The notes under the pieces were generated by a model. The model saw only the letters and a program-made list of their open reading frames with translations. It was not told the DNA's origin and made no database searches. DNA of 63,473 nucleotides, filler included, from Choristocarpus tenellus KU-1152 (Eukaryota; Protista; Phaeophyceae): the NCBI GenBank assembly GCA_964200185.2. It is 7 parts of 7 records of this genome, joined end to end, with 100 filler letters (N's around TTAATTAATTAA, not from the genome) between each part and the next. Parts side by side here need not be neighbours in the genome. Positions count along the whole stretch, not along the records: positions 13,078 to 31,380 come from CAXNAD020000564.1; positions 31,481 to 35,312 come from CAXNAD020017681.1; positions 35,413 to 38,213 come from CAXNAD020024636.1; 4 more parts are not named here. One strand, 5' to 3'. Positions within the stretch are counted from its first letter, which is position 1. Each line of letters starts with the position of its first letter. The translations under genes and the position numbers were made by a program. Of this stretch, positions 25,366-38,313 are shown in pieces.

Positions 25366-28300
25366 CTATTGCAACCATCCCCCTTTATCTCCTTCCCCCT
25401 CGTCCCCAGCTTTTCTTTGCTGGAGGGCCTGGAAAGCATGGTCAAGGCAATCCAACAGGGGCTTGATGACTGCTGATAGTTTATTTCCGGTGGCACTGAT
25501 CTCAAGAGAGGCTCTCAATTCTCGAAGTTCTTTGTATTTTTTGGCCATGCTTCCCTCTAAACGAACAAGCTTATTCCCAGCTGCTGTGTCTCCCTTTGGT
25601 CGGTCCATAGTGGCATAGAAATGTCTGCAGGCAGAAGCAGTTACATGCAGATAAGGGTGAGGGTAACGACAGTGGTTCTCCTGATGCATTGTTTTACTTT
25701 ATGCGATCTGAGTTCAACCCACAACATGGACGAGATCTCTGCTGTTGCCTGCACGAACCAACTCAGAGATGCGTCCAACTAATACAATTTATTTTTACCA
25801 CTTAATTTTTTTTTCTTTCGAATGGCAGTGTAGAGTAGCAGTTACCACAACCGTGGACCGCAAAAAGTGCATGTATTTTGACTACTTAAAAAAAAAAACG
25901 ATCGAGAAATCTGAAATGTTCGACATCTTTACTTCTTGCTCAAACTGTATATATACGCACTATATTTAGAGGGGCCCGGAGGCGCCATACGAACTGCTTG
26001 CAGACAAGAAAATTCTAAGAGAAAAGCCTTCGAACTATCATGTCATCTATTGGACCCTGTCTTACTGAGGAAGGAAATCATCCCAACTCCCAACCATAAA
26101 GTCCGAAAAACAAGAAGGATTCCAGTGCCAACTTTGGAGGTACTGCTCTTGAAACAGCATGAAAAGTACTTCAAAATTTGAATCAGCAGGGAAAAGAGGA
26201 AGCTATATACAAAAAAAAATCAGCATACCATGGTGCTACCTACAATGATTTTTGTGGACCTTCCCCTGGCTCTCCTGCACAAGTGTACTTGTTGATCCGA
26301 TCTGAAGACTTAAAAAAAGAGGTGGGCAGAGCACGTTGTGCAGCGTTCGTTCACTGTCTGAACAACACCAATCAGGGAGCACCCTTCCCAATCGCACACC
26401 AATCAGGGAGCACCCTTCTCTCAGAAAAAAGTAAGGCAAGCATCGAGTATTTCTTGCCCTGTTGGTATATCACCACTCTCAAGGAGAGTTCGCAAATACC
26501 TAAGAATGACAGCCAAAAATCCCCCCCTATCAAGTGTCATCTTCTCATCTCTAGTGCTCAATTTAAACTTCCCAGAGAGGAGGTGATCTCCCAGTTCCTT
26601 GCATCAGAGTAACGTAGATTGGGTAGCGCCTTCCAATGGTTGCAATCTGCCAAGCACACCTTATCGCAGTGTCAAAAAAAGATACTGTGTCTATACCTAC
26701 TCTGCAGGACTATCTGAGGTTATAGATAGTATATCAGGTCCTACCCATCAATATGTGCACCATACATGGGGATTGGATAGACTTATTTTTCCAACCATAT
26801 TACTGTGACATGGTTGATAAGATAAACTACTGTGTTTTTGAATGGAGCTGAAGTCCTGCAACTGTAACTCTAGCCCCTTCCCCGCTTTCTCACCTCAGCA
26901 GCTCTCCAACAATTTGAAAGTGGCGATGCATTCCACTCACAAAGTCTTCGGGATACCTGCAATCAGGCGGATGAGAGTTCTGTGTTTTGAGATGCAATGC
27001 TGCAGAACCTAGGCTTATTCCCTAGCCTAGGAAGCAATACCAACAATAGCATTGGCAAGTATTCAGCAGAGGTTGCAGGGTGAACGGATCTAACGGGCTT
27101 CAATGCGATACAGAGAGGCTATTTCATTGGTCCAAATGTTACTTTTCATTCCATGTCTTTTACGCCCTAACAAATTTATGAGACAGTATAATCGTCTCCA
27201 GCATCGCTTACAAAAGACACACGTATTGTGTATGGTATAGGTATACGTAGGTACAGCATGTGTATCATGCATTGCACAAGGAGCACGCCGATAATACTCT
27301 GATGACAACAGCAGTGCTACTGTAAATGAAAAGCATCTTAAGGGCAGAGAAGTAAAGTCTGACGGAAGAATCTGAATGTACTCAATTATGATCGAGTACA
27401 TACACATACCACAAAAAACAAGCCAATCAAAAACTGCACCTAAATTTTCAGTCTCAATTAAAATCGCAAAAATTCACAACACTAGATAATATATTCTTCT
27501 TATTAAGAACAATAATAATAATAATAACTCTTGGCACCACTCAAGGGGAATGAAATGAGGATGCAATCAGGGTAAGAAACTGAGGTAATTTTCGGGCGAG
27601 CAGCCAAACAATGTTAAAGAGATCCCCCATTTCTGCCCACCAAATAATGGCATAAAGGCATGAAGTTTACTGATGACCATGAACCCTAGACTCAAAACAA
27701 TGTCAACAGATTTCTACATAAGTTGAAACGTACTGCAGAACAAAAACAAACCCCTACATGTACATAACTGTATGTAACAGACTAATGACTCACTCACGCG
27801 ATCCCCAAAAGCAACACCCCTCCAATCACACTTCAAAAACATAGAGAGCAATGATCTTAATACATAACAAGTGCTCTATTATCACATCCTGACCATCTTC
27901 CCCACAGAAGGAACACATCCCTCCTTGACCATAACCTCCCCCTCCCCCTAACCCTTACTTACAGTCACGCCTTGTACACCTATGAAACTCCATAATCTTC
28001 CTCGTTCCTCCCAGCCCCCCCCACTAAACAGTTCTTCTAACTCTATCCCCAAAACCAAATAGTTACCCTTGAAGACTGAAGGCATTGCCGACCCCAAGGT
28101 CAGAGTCCATGGTGCACTTCCGCAGTGACAACAATGCCTGATCTACAGATGGCACCGCCTCCGCAAGGACAGGAGACCTCTTCAGGATAGAGAACCCAGT
28201 CCCAAGCAGTGCCCTGGCCTCTTCAATGGACACTCCTTGGGGATGTGGCGACTCAGGCCGGCTTCCAATTTGCAGTGAACGAACAGGCGGAGGCGGGGCA

Positions 28301-29113
28301 GAAGCACCTCTCTGCCTCTGGTAGAGTCCCTTGTTCTTGATCTCCAGCTGGGAAGGGGACACCATGTAAAGGAGTAGTTGTCAAGGTGCATGTTTGCAGG
28401 AAAGACTAGGGAGTAAACCAGGAGTGAGGATGTAGCACACTGACAAAGACAAAGGAAATTGGCACCTCAAACTGCACAGACCATTGAAAGTTACTATTGC
28501 TACGAAGCATTTAACAGCACTTGACTATTCACTTTTGCTTGCAGGGAACAAATGAGTTCCTTCACAAACCTTCTTCACACCTGCAACCTGTGCCTTGAAC
28601 TAAGCCACAAGGCCATTAAAGCTATTTCCACCCTCAAACCTGCTCACCAATGCCTAGGAGACAAAACAGAGCCTCTGGAGCTGAAAATACAGAGTATTAG
28701 AGCCACAAAGCCCGCCCACGTTCTACAACTGCACTTAAGACACAAAATATACTCATTTGCTGCTTGCTAAACCTATCACACTGGTACCACCAACCTTGGG
28801 TGGCGTTTCTTCCCCTGAGGCACGGAGTTCAGGCATGTCAGTGGCCTTGGCTGCAGTGTCCACCACACGAGGCCTTGTTCCAGCACTGTTCCTAGCCCCC
28901 TTACCCGTCAGCACTCCAGGTGGTTCCATGACAAGCCTTACAGTAAAGATCAAGTTTAGAGATAGGGAGGGCCAACAGCAATGCAATGGGAGAAGGGGGA
29001 GAGGGGGTGGGGCGAGTGGCTCCATTATTCAGATTGGAATTGATGCCAAAGTGGGTTTTCTGGAACAAGGAAGAAGTTATGGTAGATCGAAGATGGTATA
29101 TGCATACAAACAA

Positions 29114-29161
<48 letters not shown>

Positions 29162-31286
29162 CGCTACACACAAAATAAACATATTGTAACTGTCTAATGG
29201 AATGTTTCACTCTACAACAGTGGGACAACATGAGGCTAGAAGGCAGTTGTGATCGTTGGACTAATGAGGAGTTTATGAGGCCGCATGGTCACTGCATCTT
29301 CACATGGACAACGCAAATTTCACAAAGAGAGCCAACAGCTCCAACAAACCCTCACTAAAAAAAAAAGACATTTTTTTTTTTTTAATTCTTGTGACCGTTG
29401 AGAGAAATCGACCCCCAACCACATCACATCAGTTCTTTCCATATCAGAGCTCTAAACTCTTCAGGTACCTATCAACAGCAATCTCAAGAGGATGATCTAC
29501 CAATAAAAGTTTTGCTTTGTGATTTGCTCTGGGCCAAACTATGATCACAAACAGCGCAGCAACTGCAACTAATCATCAGTATCACGCGCTGTACGCACTA
29601 AACTGTACTGTACCAAAGTGTGATACTGCAGCTTTACTGCATGAATTCTTATGCCTACAGTACAAGGCTTATCTCCAGGTATGATGATGATGATGGTGAC
29701 GATGTATCATCACTTCATACACTACTGTGGGGATCAATGTACCTGTCCCTTACCCCAAGTGTGATGTATCCCGACGTGAATCAAAGCCAGCAAGCAAAAG
29801 TTCGACCAATCAAGCAACACAAATAACATCAGCACTTCAGCACATGCTATCAATAGCAGGATCAAATCTGAGCTATAGTGTAGAAGGATTCCGACTGATT
29901 CCAACTAATCACATGGTTTGTCGTTACAGCACCCACAGGGCACTGCAAACATAGCAGATGATATACTCAACAAGGGAACACATGAGTAACACAGAAAAGA
30001 CACCTGTGACAGGGTGCAAGACAGGAGAGGGAATGTATGATAGGGTTTCCCTACCAGACCTGGCGTGTCTATTAAACTTCCCCACAACCTCTCGACGTTT
30101 GACCGATTCCTGGGACTCCTCCGCTGGATCGTTGTCCTCCATCTCAACATGCCAAATCAGGGTATAGAAACAATTAGGGTACATGATGTTGTGACTACCT
30201 CAGTTGGATCATCAACACGATCGGGTGTCAACACGCCTGCATCCCTCAAGGATCAAAATGAATAAAATCTTAAAGTATGGTGTCAACACGCCTGACCATA
30301 CCGCCACCCAAAGTTTTCCACAAAAAGGTACGAAATTGGGCTGTTGCATTGCATCCAACACGACAGATCGTTCACCATCAGGTCAGGACAGGACTGTGTA
30401 TGCATGAAAGTCAGTAGCATCTCTGATCCGCACAATGTGGCAGCACAGACACAGACCAATCAAATCAGTTCTAGGAAGCAACGGGCCAATCACCGCACCC
30501 GCACAAGAAGCAAAGCACTAAGGCACTCGAGTATGGCATTGAGAGTGAAGTTAGGCTTCTACCATCTCAAACAGTTACGTCTCAGCCATAACCCTAACCC
30601 TAACCCGATCACTACAATAATAAAAGCACATCAAGGCAATATATGTAACTATACAAGCAATGTCGTCAGAGAGCACCCAAGATTGGACAGAGGGGAAGGG
30701 GTGCAAGTGAATATTTTATACAGTTATCAGTGCTCCTCACAAGCACACACACACACATACACACACACTGTTCGAGTCATGGAAGTCAACGCCACCTGGG
30801 TCATGAAAGAAATTGAACTGGTGGAACCACCTGGGTCCCACAGTGGTCCTAGGTACACCGTAAGTATTACACCTGTACAAGAACCAGACACCAAACACAA
30901 CTTCCCAAAGTCCTTCTTCAATACCTCCATCACAATAAGCATCATAAACTCCAAATCACTAAAGATCACAACACCAACCAATACGAGAGCACCCCCTCCC
31001 AACAAATTCATGCTCACAAACACCCACATACACAACCAGTCGAACAATCCTCTCCCCCCTCAACTACATCTCACCTCTGCACTGTGATAGTCACCCCACT
31101 GACTTGTCAAATCAACCAGTGGATCCACTCCAATCGTGACCTCTCTACCCTTTGCTCCTTCCTCCCCCTCCCCCTCCCCTTCCCCACCCACTGCCCTTGC
31201 CTTGGCTTTATCAGCCTCTCTTTCTGCTTCCTTGGCAGCTAACCTTAAGAACATGTCATCTGAAGCACCCATGGAAGGCGCTGCAT

Positions 31287-31329
<43 letters not shown>

Positions 31330-31380
31330 GCCATCATACTCGCCTCGTCCTTCTGTTCGGATACGGAAGTGGCTAGGAGG
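25366..31380 (-). CDS. GTF2H1: General transcription factor IIH subunit p62 (TFB1), C-terminal half; 5' end cut by the linker
   Basis: Exons 31075-31380, 30060-~30147, 28795-28936, ~28067-28370, 26894-26956 and 25366-25624; other small exons are possible. Motifs occur in TFB1 order: DDMFLRL..GVDPLVDLTSQWGDYH, VVGKFNRHARLVME, QLEIKNKGLY, VGELLRHFY, IKPLLDCLDHAF. Confidence 0.85.
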
Positions 31381-31480
31381 NNNNNNNNNNNNNNNNNNNN
31401 NNNNNNNNNNNNNNNNNNNNNNNNTTAATTAATTAANNNNNNNNNNNNNNNNNNNNNNNNNNNNNNNNNNNNNNNNNNNN
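31381..31480. other. Artificial contig linker
   Basis: N44-TTAATTAATTAA-N44. Confidence 0.97.
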
Positions 31481-32524
31481 CCAGAGGGGATGTATTCGTA
31501 GGGCCAGCAGCTCCTCACCCCCAACAGAGAATTCTGGATATCTTGACCATGAGAAAAGCCCTCCAGTAAAGCTATGGTAAAGAGGATCCTAGAGTATGAG
31601 AGTATTCACACATACGGTTGTCAGGTAAAAGAGGTATGAAGACAGTTTCAATGTTTTGCAATAAGATGCTATGGTAGTGTAGTATTATCCACCTCATATT
31701 TCATACCAAGAAAACAATACTACTATTGAAGTCCCAGTACTACCCTGTGCATATTATGATACTCCTGATAACAAAATTGTCCACCAAAACAACTAGCAAA
31801 ATGCTGGACTCTCCTATCCTTCTGCTATCTATCATATTTGTCACACCTTAGCCCTAGTGAGAGGTGACAATCAAATTAGTGTAAAAGTGCAGAAAAACAC
31901 GATCAGAAGCACATATTTGTGGGGGTACATAGCGTGTGGGCACAAAATATGGCAAAGAGGTTTTTATCCAGTGGTGGTTTTTTGCACCTTTCTCACTTCA
32001 TACTGTTTTGCTGCAACAAAATGCAGTAGGCCACTGGGTTTCTTGTCCTAAGCTCCTTCTGTCTGCATAAATCCGGGCTGTATTCAATACTAAGGATGGT
32101 AGGTCTCTACTGGTAAGAATACAATTGAAACAGCAAGACTACCAGCTTGGCTGAATAAGTCTGGTGGATCGATTTGCTCTTGTACTCACTCTGTTTCATA
32201 TGCATCCCAATATCTCTTTCACCAGAGAGCATTGGTCTTCCAATCCTTTCATCAGAGGACTGTTGGAAATTTTAGCAATCCCCTATACCATACCATTGTG
32301 TACACCACTTATTGTTGGTATTGTTGGCAGGAGAGCATGAATAGAGTAATAGTAGCACCACCAAGAGATACAATCAACTACAACATCCTACTGATCAACC
32401 TTACAATGTGTGTTCCCAATAATGTAACATTTTCGGGCTAAAATGAATCTTGAGTATACCCATAGGCTTTCAGCTCACTGGACCCTTTCCCTTCCCCTTC
32501 CCCCTGATGTGCATGAATACATAG

Positions 32525-33949
32525 CCACGTGTACATGTCTATGACTACGGGGGAAATACCCTCAGTGGAGATAGTGAGTCAGGTGTCTTGGTCTCCATTT
32601 CGACTAATCCAGTACAGGCAAAACTATCGCCAGAGGACAGGGTGTTTGAGGTACGAGGCAGAGACTGTTTCCACAAGGAGCAATACTGGTTTAGATGGAT
32701 TGGTAAGAGTGAGGGGCTTACAATGATCATATTGAAAGCTAGAAGTCTAGTTGTTACTTGTGAAAGAAAAATGAAACCTACAAGTAGAAACAGGGACAAC
32801 AACATTCTCAGACCTTTCGCGCTATCACCTGATATTGCACGTATACCCTATACCATCACATGCCAGAGCGTCTCTCCTTGCTGTACGATCACCAATATCA
32901 GACACCTGTTTGCTATACCTAGTGGTGTTTGTACGTGGAACAAGCACTGTGTAATCCTTGTCTTAGTCCAATAAATCATATTGGTTCATTGTTGAGTGAG
33001 ACTTCAACCTTAGATTGGTCCATCATGTCTGCACATACTTCTGTGGTCATACGCACAAAATCGAGCACTGGCAAATGTGCACTTGCCGACAAGCAGATCA
33101 ACAGACACACAAATATACCCACCATACCTCGTTCCCCTGAAAAGCCCAACTCATCTTGTTGTGCTTGTTGCAGATGATTTCGGACGGTGTGGCCACATTT
33201 GGAGGGTTGTCCCTTGATCAAAGTGGTCACAACCTGCGCCTCCGATTCACTCTATTCAAATATAGCTGGGATAAAGGGGAGTGGACAGACTCTGGTGTGT
33301 TTGTTGATACTGCCCTCTTTGATGTTGCTGAGGGTCCTCCGACAGGCTTTGCAATCCAGCAGGTCTGATGTGCCTAAAATCCAAGAAGTTGGAAGATGTA
33401 GGGCTTGATGAGGCCGGGAGAGAAGAGGGTCGAGCTGTGACTGTGGTATATGGAATAGTTTAGGAAGAAAGTGAGAGCAAACGGAAGCACTTCAGGCAGT
33501 ATTGTGTGTTTTGTCTTATGCCCTCAAAATATGTGCCTGTATGAGAGACGGCGAGTTGGAGCTCAGCTAAGGTTACAGGAGAATGGTCGTGGTATAGTGA
33601 ACCTGACTGTTTTTCATCCGGAAAATATGGTTTGACTGTTTTTCATTTCTGTGTAGTGGTTGGGGGTGTGTTTGGTCATGAAAATTAACCACAGATCAAT
33701 AGAGCTTGTTTGACAATGCTCAACAAAAGGTATGCAATGATGTCTGTGTCTATGTTTGAAATTGGTTGTTATTCATTTGAAACTGCTTCCTTCCTGCTTG
33801 TGCCATGTATGTAGGATGTGGACGGAGCGTGGGCTGGAGGCCGGGGCTTCAAGAAACAGCCCTACGTTACCCTGGTCGATAGTGGGGGTGGCACTGTGAC
33901 AGGAGATAGCACGACCCTTGTCAGGGCAACAATCACTCCCAGTCTTTCG
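32525..33949 (+). CDS. Internal exons of a protein with repeated Ig-like beta-sandwich modules (likely a surface or secreted protein)
   Basis: Phase-0 exons 32525-32650, 33174-33362 and 33815-33949. Repeated unit PRVHVYDYGGNTLSGDS..VLVSI / QPYVTLVDSGGGTVTGDSTTLVRATI, with DGVATFGGLSLDQSG..LRLRF between them. Confidence 0.75.
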
Positions 33950-34270
33950 GTGAGGGCAGCAGTTACAAAATTTACATGGAGATTTAATGCCCCAGTACTA
34001 ACTTGCCCCCTAAGCCCTTCTGAGCACCAGATACGGGCTTTGTTCTGCAGAATAATTTTAGGACAAAATTCCTTGGGTTAGTTCATACTCCGGAGAATTT
34101 TGAACCACTTGTTCTATTTGTCAGGTTTTCCACTGTTGTTTCCGTTGTTTCTCTATTTTAGGGAAAAATACACAAATCCATCCAATTAATCTGATTGTAT
34201 GCATACCGCATCATTCAAGTGTTTTCCTGTGTGACTGACCACTTCTTTGTGGACTAGTGCAGAGGGGGTG

Positions 34271-34531
34271 GAGTGAAACTATCTTAGAGGGTACGAATTT
34301 TCCCCTGTTTGTCCATTTGTGGGGCTTGGCTTCCCATGGGTTTTTTTAATGACATTTTCCGACTCCCAAATGTTTCGGAGTAGGTAAAATGTTTACGTTA
34401 TGAAAGGTGTGTCCGAAACATACATATTGACACTTCCTAACAAACACAATAGCCAAAATTACATCAAAATCACAACATTGTATTTTGACCCCCAAATGGA
34501 CGCGGCTCTACCCTCTAAGATACTCTGGCTC
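34271..34531. mobile_element. 261-bp MITE (type C) with GTG target-site duplication
   Basis: Termini GAGTGAAACTATCTTAGAGGG / CCCTCTAAGATACTCTGGCTC, flanked by GTG on both sides. It is a reverse-complement copy of 57246-57507. Confidence 0.8.
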
Positions 34532-35133
34532 GTGATATTAACAGTATTAGCACTAGAAGACTGGCCTCATTTTTCAGATTGGCTTTATCCTAGGATCTAT
34601 TTGGTTTGGCGCACTGGGTTGCATACTGAGCCAAAGTAAATGAGAGGTACCCAGGTTTTGGTCGTTTTGCATGCTAATTTTGTTTTTCGATATTGTTGCA
34701 ATTAACCCGTATTTGTATGGATGAAGTTCTAAGGTTGGTTGACTTGAGAGTGTTTATTTCTCTATTGTTTGAAATTTTTCCAACACAATTCAGAAAATCT
34801 CCTCTACACATTTGTAAAGCCCCCCAAAATTTGCACATAATTGTCAGCATCCTTACAGTGCAGCACTGGGTATATCTCATTTACTTTGACACATTAGTGT
34901 GGTGTGTTTATTAGTGTGATGTGCAAATGTATTTCACTCGTTTATTGATTGTTTCATATTCCAATGAAGAAAGTGGTAGGAAACTAAGAGCATGTGGTTT
35001 CCACCACAGCAAAGCCAGCACTGCTAAGCTTGCTTTAGAGTAGAGTTATCACTCTGCTGTATTGGTATGTTCATTACAATGTCACATGCAAAAAAGATGG
35101 AACTTCATTGCAAAAGAGCACTATCTACCAATT

Positions 35134-35304
35134 TGCTCAAAGTATCTGGGTGTGTGTGTCAGCTGTCCATTTGGCACCACTCTTTCCATGTTACAACTTT
35201 TTGTTGATTTGGTTGCATGTGTTGGATAATGTGAGTGCACATTTCCTTGTTAGGACCCAAGTGGACACCCTGGTGTAGACCCCCCCCCCCACCCCCCCCC
35301 CCCC
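35134..35304. mobile_element. Type-A MITE ending in poly-C near the contig end
   Basis: GCTCAAAGTATCTGGG..GCTGTCCATTTGG..GTGGACACCCTGGTGTAGACCCCC aligns with 10759-10941. Confidence 0.8.
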
Positions 35305-35312
35305 ACTACCTA

Positions 35313-35412
35313 NNNNNNNNNNNNNNNNNNNNNNNNNNNNNNNNNNNNNNNNNNNNTTAATTAATTAANNNNNNNNNNNNNNNNNNNNNNNNNNNNNNNN
35401 NNNNNNNNNNNN
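35313..35412. other. Artificial contig linker
   Basis: N44-TTAATTAATTAA-N44. Confidence 0.97.
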
Positions 35413-37105
35413 GGGGGGGGGGGGGGGGGGGGGGTGGGGGCGGGGGGGGGGGGGGGGGAGGGTGAGGGGGGGGGGGGGGGTTGGGGGGGGGTTAGTGAAC
35501 AAAAGCAATGACAGGTGTGATCTGTGTTGAGGTATTTTTATTTTATTTTTCTTGTTTGGACATTGTTCTGTGGGGTTTTGGAATTGTGATTAGAACGGTA
35601 TGATAAGAAAGGTGTGATGACACAAAAGAGAGGAAAACAACCAGAAGAGTGTGAGTGAGATATGAAATGAGATATGAAAGGGTTGTACATTCAAAGTGCG
35701 TTGTTATCGTTGTGAATAGTACTGTGTGCTTTTGTGATTAGTAGGCCTTCACACATCCTGTGTTTTTTTTGTGTGAAAGTATGAGGGTAGAGGTGAGTAT
35801 TATTTGGTGGTGAGAGGCTTGTCAAGGGCTTCTTATTACACCCTTGTTCTGGTGTTTGACTTTGTAACATCATTTTGAGCCTTTTTTTGCATGTATGGGT
35901 TAGGTATTCCGTCATGCTACTATTGGCTGTTACTTTTGATCACTCCATGTCCAGTTGAAGCAAGGTTTAGATGTACCAAGTTCATTTCAGAAACTATCAG
36001 TGAGAGCGAGTTTGATCTATGGTGCAGGGTGGCGAATGGGATGACTATGCAAGGAGCTCTTGATGGTAGTTTGAGTGTGCATTAACACTTGTTAGTGATT
36101 ACCTTTGAACTGCTGAGATGGTTCTGCCAACAAACAATTTCGTTGTTGTAAGAAATCAGGGATTCCCTGTATTCATTTCAACAGCCTCTCCCCCAAACGA
36201 TGTTATTTTTGTTACCAATGCATTGTTTTTGTTTATTCTTGTGTGTGGTGAGTAGAAAGAGTAGAAAGATTACTACACAGTATTACACTTTATGTTCTAC
36301 ACTTGAAACGATCTCTGATAGTAGAAGTCAACAAGGTGTAGTTTGTGTTCTCAGCTGTATGGTAATTAAGAGCAACCCACTATATTGATAAGGGTAATCC
36401 TGTCGAATTTTACATGAAATTCACATTCAAGTTATGGATGAAGTAGTGCATTTATGCCTGTGGGTATTGTTTATTACCAGACACCTGGGTACTTGTTAGA
36501 CCTGATTGAATAGGATGCAGCTCTGACTTGAGGAAAAGAAAAATGGGTTAGACAAGATTTTTTGTGCTGTATCCATATTTCTCTCCATGCTTTGGAGGCA
36601 CTGAAACAATGCCCCACTTTCCCCCCCCCCATAATGAAAAGTGTCTACTCATTTTTTTTACTGTATGGTGATGATATATACACAACAATCATGTTACTAT
36701 ATGCCTTTGTGACATTACAGATTGTCTTTACGGTTGAGTCTCCTAATCAGTAACATGATTGTTACTGAACACCTTTTTCATCGCTTTGTATACCCTCTCT
36801 GTTACCTCTCTGTTACTGAGTTATCTCACTATAGTTCAAGGTAATAAGACAAGTTGAAGTAGTCCACTCTTAACCAACTTCGTACCTCATTTTTCTAGTT
36901 TATTACTGTATTGTTTATTGGTTCTCCTCCCCCCCCCCCCCCTTTCCCTTTTTGTTTCCTTCTATTTTTTTTTTTTNNNNNNNNNNAAAATTTTTGTCTT
37001 CTCTCCCCGTTGGCGGCTCTTTATTATTTTTTTTTTTTTTTTTTTTTTTCCCCCCCCCCCCCCCCGTCTCCTCTGTTGTTACATTCACTTTATTTATTTT
37101 CCCAG

Positions 37106-37504
37106 ATGAGCTCGTGCTATATTCACATCTTCCCAGGGTGGCTGGCAATGTCACTGCGATGGTTCCCCATGTCTGTAGCAGCTACGACAACGGCTGCTGC
37201 CACCGTAGCAACTACTGTGGCAGCGTCTGTGGTTAACACTGTTGATATGGATATCAATATTGACAGCAGCAGTGAATTTATGGTAGATGATACCCTTGGA
37301 GTGGAGGCAATGGGAGATTGTATGGCCTCCGGTGATGCTGATAGCATGGGGTTTGAGGCAGCTGCTGGCCTTGACTTAGGGCTGAATGAGGAGCTTCATG
37401 AAGCCTGTAGTGATGGCATATCTGCTTCTGACTTTGGGCAGGCAATCCTGGCATACCTTGTTTGGCAAGCACTTTACTTTGTCAAGACGGAACTCGTTGA
37501 GAAG
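37106..37504 (+). CDS. GPC1: Internal exon of glycerophosphocholine acyltransferase 1 (DUF2838 family)
   Basis: 399-nt AG..GT exon. SSCYIHIFPGWLAMSLRWFP and AILAYLVWQALYFVKTELVEK match the GPC1 patterns S..IH..P......RW and Y..WQ.LYF. Confidence 0.78.
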
Positions 37505-38213
37505 GTGGGGGCTGGTTCTCAATGGGTCTCTAATAATAGTAGTCATGAGATTGATCATACACTGGCAAAATTTTAAGAATATATCACTCCCCCCGCCTTA
37601 TCCCCCACCCCCTGGACTGCTGCCCCCAATGTCTGTTACATAGTTTTTCTATGATAACTGGGGTATATATATTTTGACAGGTGTGTCTCAACCCCCTCTA
37701 TAGTACTCTGTAGCCATTCTCTTTTTTTTATATTGTTGGGGCTGGGTAGTTCATATCTCTATTGTGCACATGCTGCCTCTGGATGATTTTTTTCAAGTTT
37801 TGAGTAGATCATGTGTTTGTGTTAAATGTATTTTTTAAAAAGAGGTTCTGGAAATGGTTGTTTGTGTAATAAAAGTAATAAAAGACGTGGGTGGATGAGT
37901 ACTATGGTTGTTTGTGTAATAATAGCCTCATGAGTAAAGTGCCTTCAGTGGGGAAATCGCCTTTTTTTTTCTACTACTGGCTCCTTGTGTTCAGGTTTGA
38001 GAGTCAATGTGGAGATATTATTAGTGTTATTGATGTAAATATGTTCAACCATTGGCACAGTATAATTTTGAGGGTAATTGTTGATGGTATTGTTTGTTCT
38101 AGTCATTCTATCAATGTGGAAATGAAATGGTACGGTCATGCTGTCTGCCAACTTTTTTGTTCATTGCTGCATTTTTTTTTTTTTTTGGGGGGGCAGTGTC
38201 CTTTGTTTTCTAA

Positions 38214-38313
38214 NNNNNNNNNNNNNNNNNNNNNNNNNNNNNNNNNNNNNNNNNNNNTTAATTAATTAANNNNNNNNNNNNNNNNNNNNNNNNNNNNNNN
38301 NNNNNNNNNNNNN
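38214..38313. other. Artificial contig linker
   Basis: N44-TTAATTAATTAA-N44. Confidence 0.97.

Noticed and set aside
30344-31087. 247-aa plus-strand ORF
   Set aside because: It is antisense to TFB1, runs through CCCTAA and CA repeats, and has no domain.
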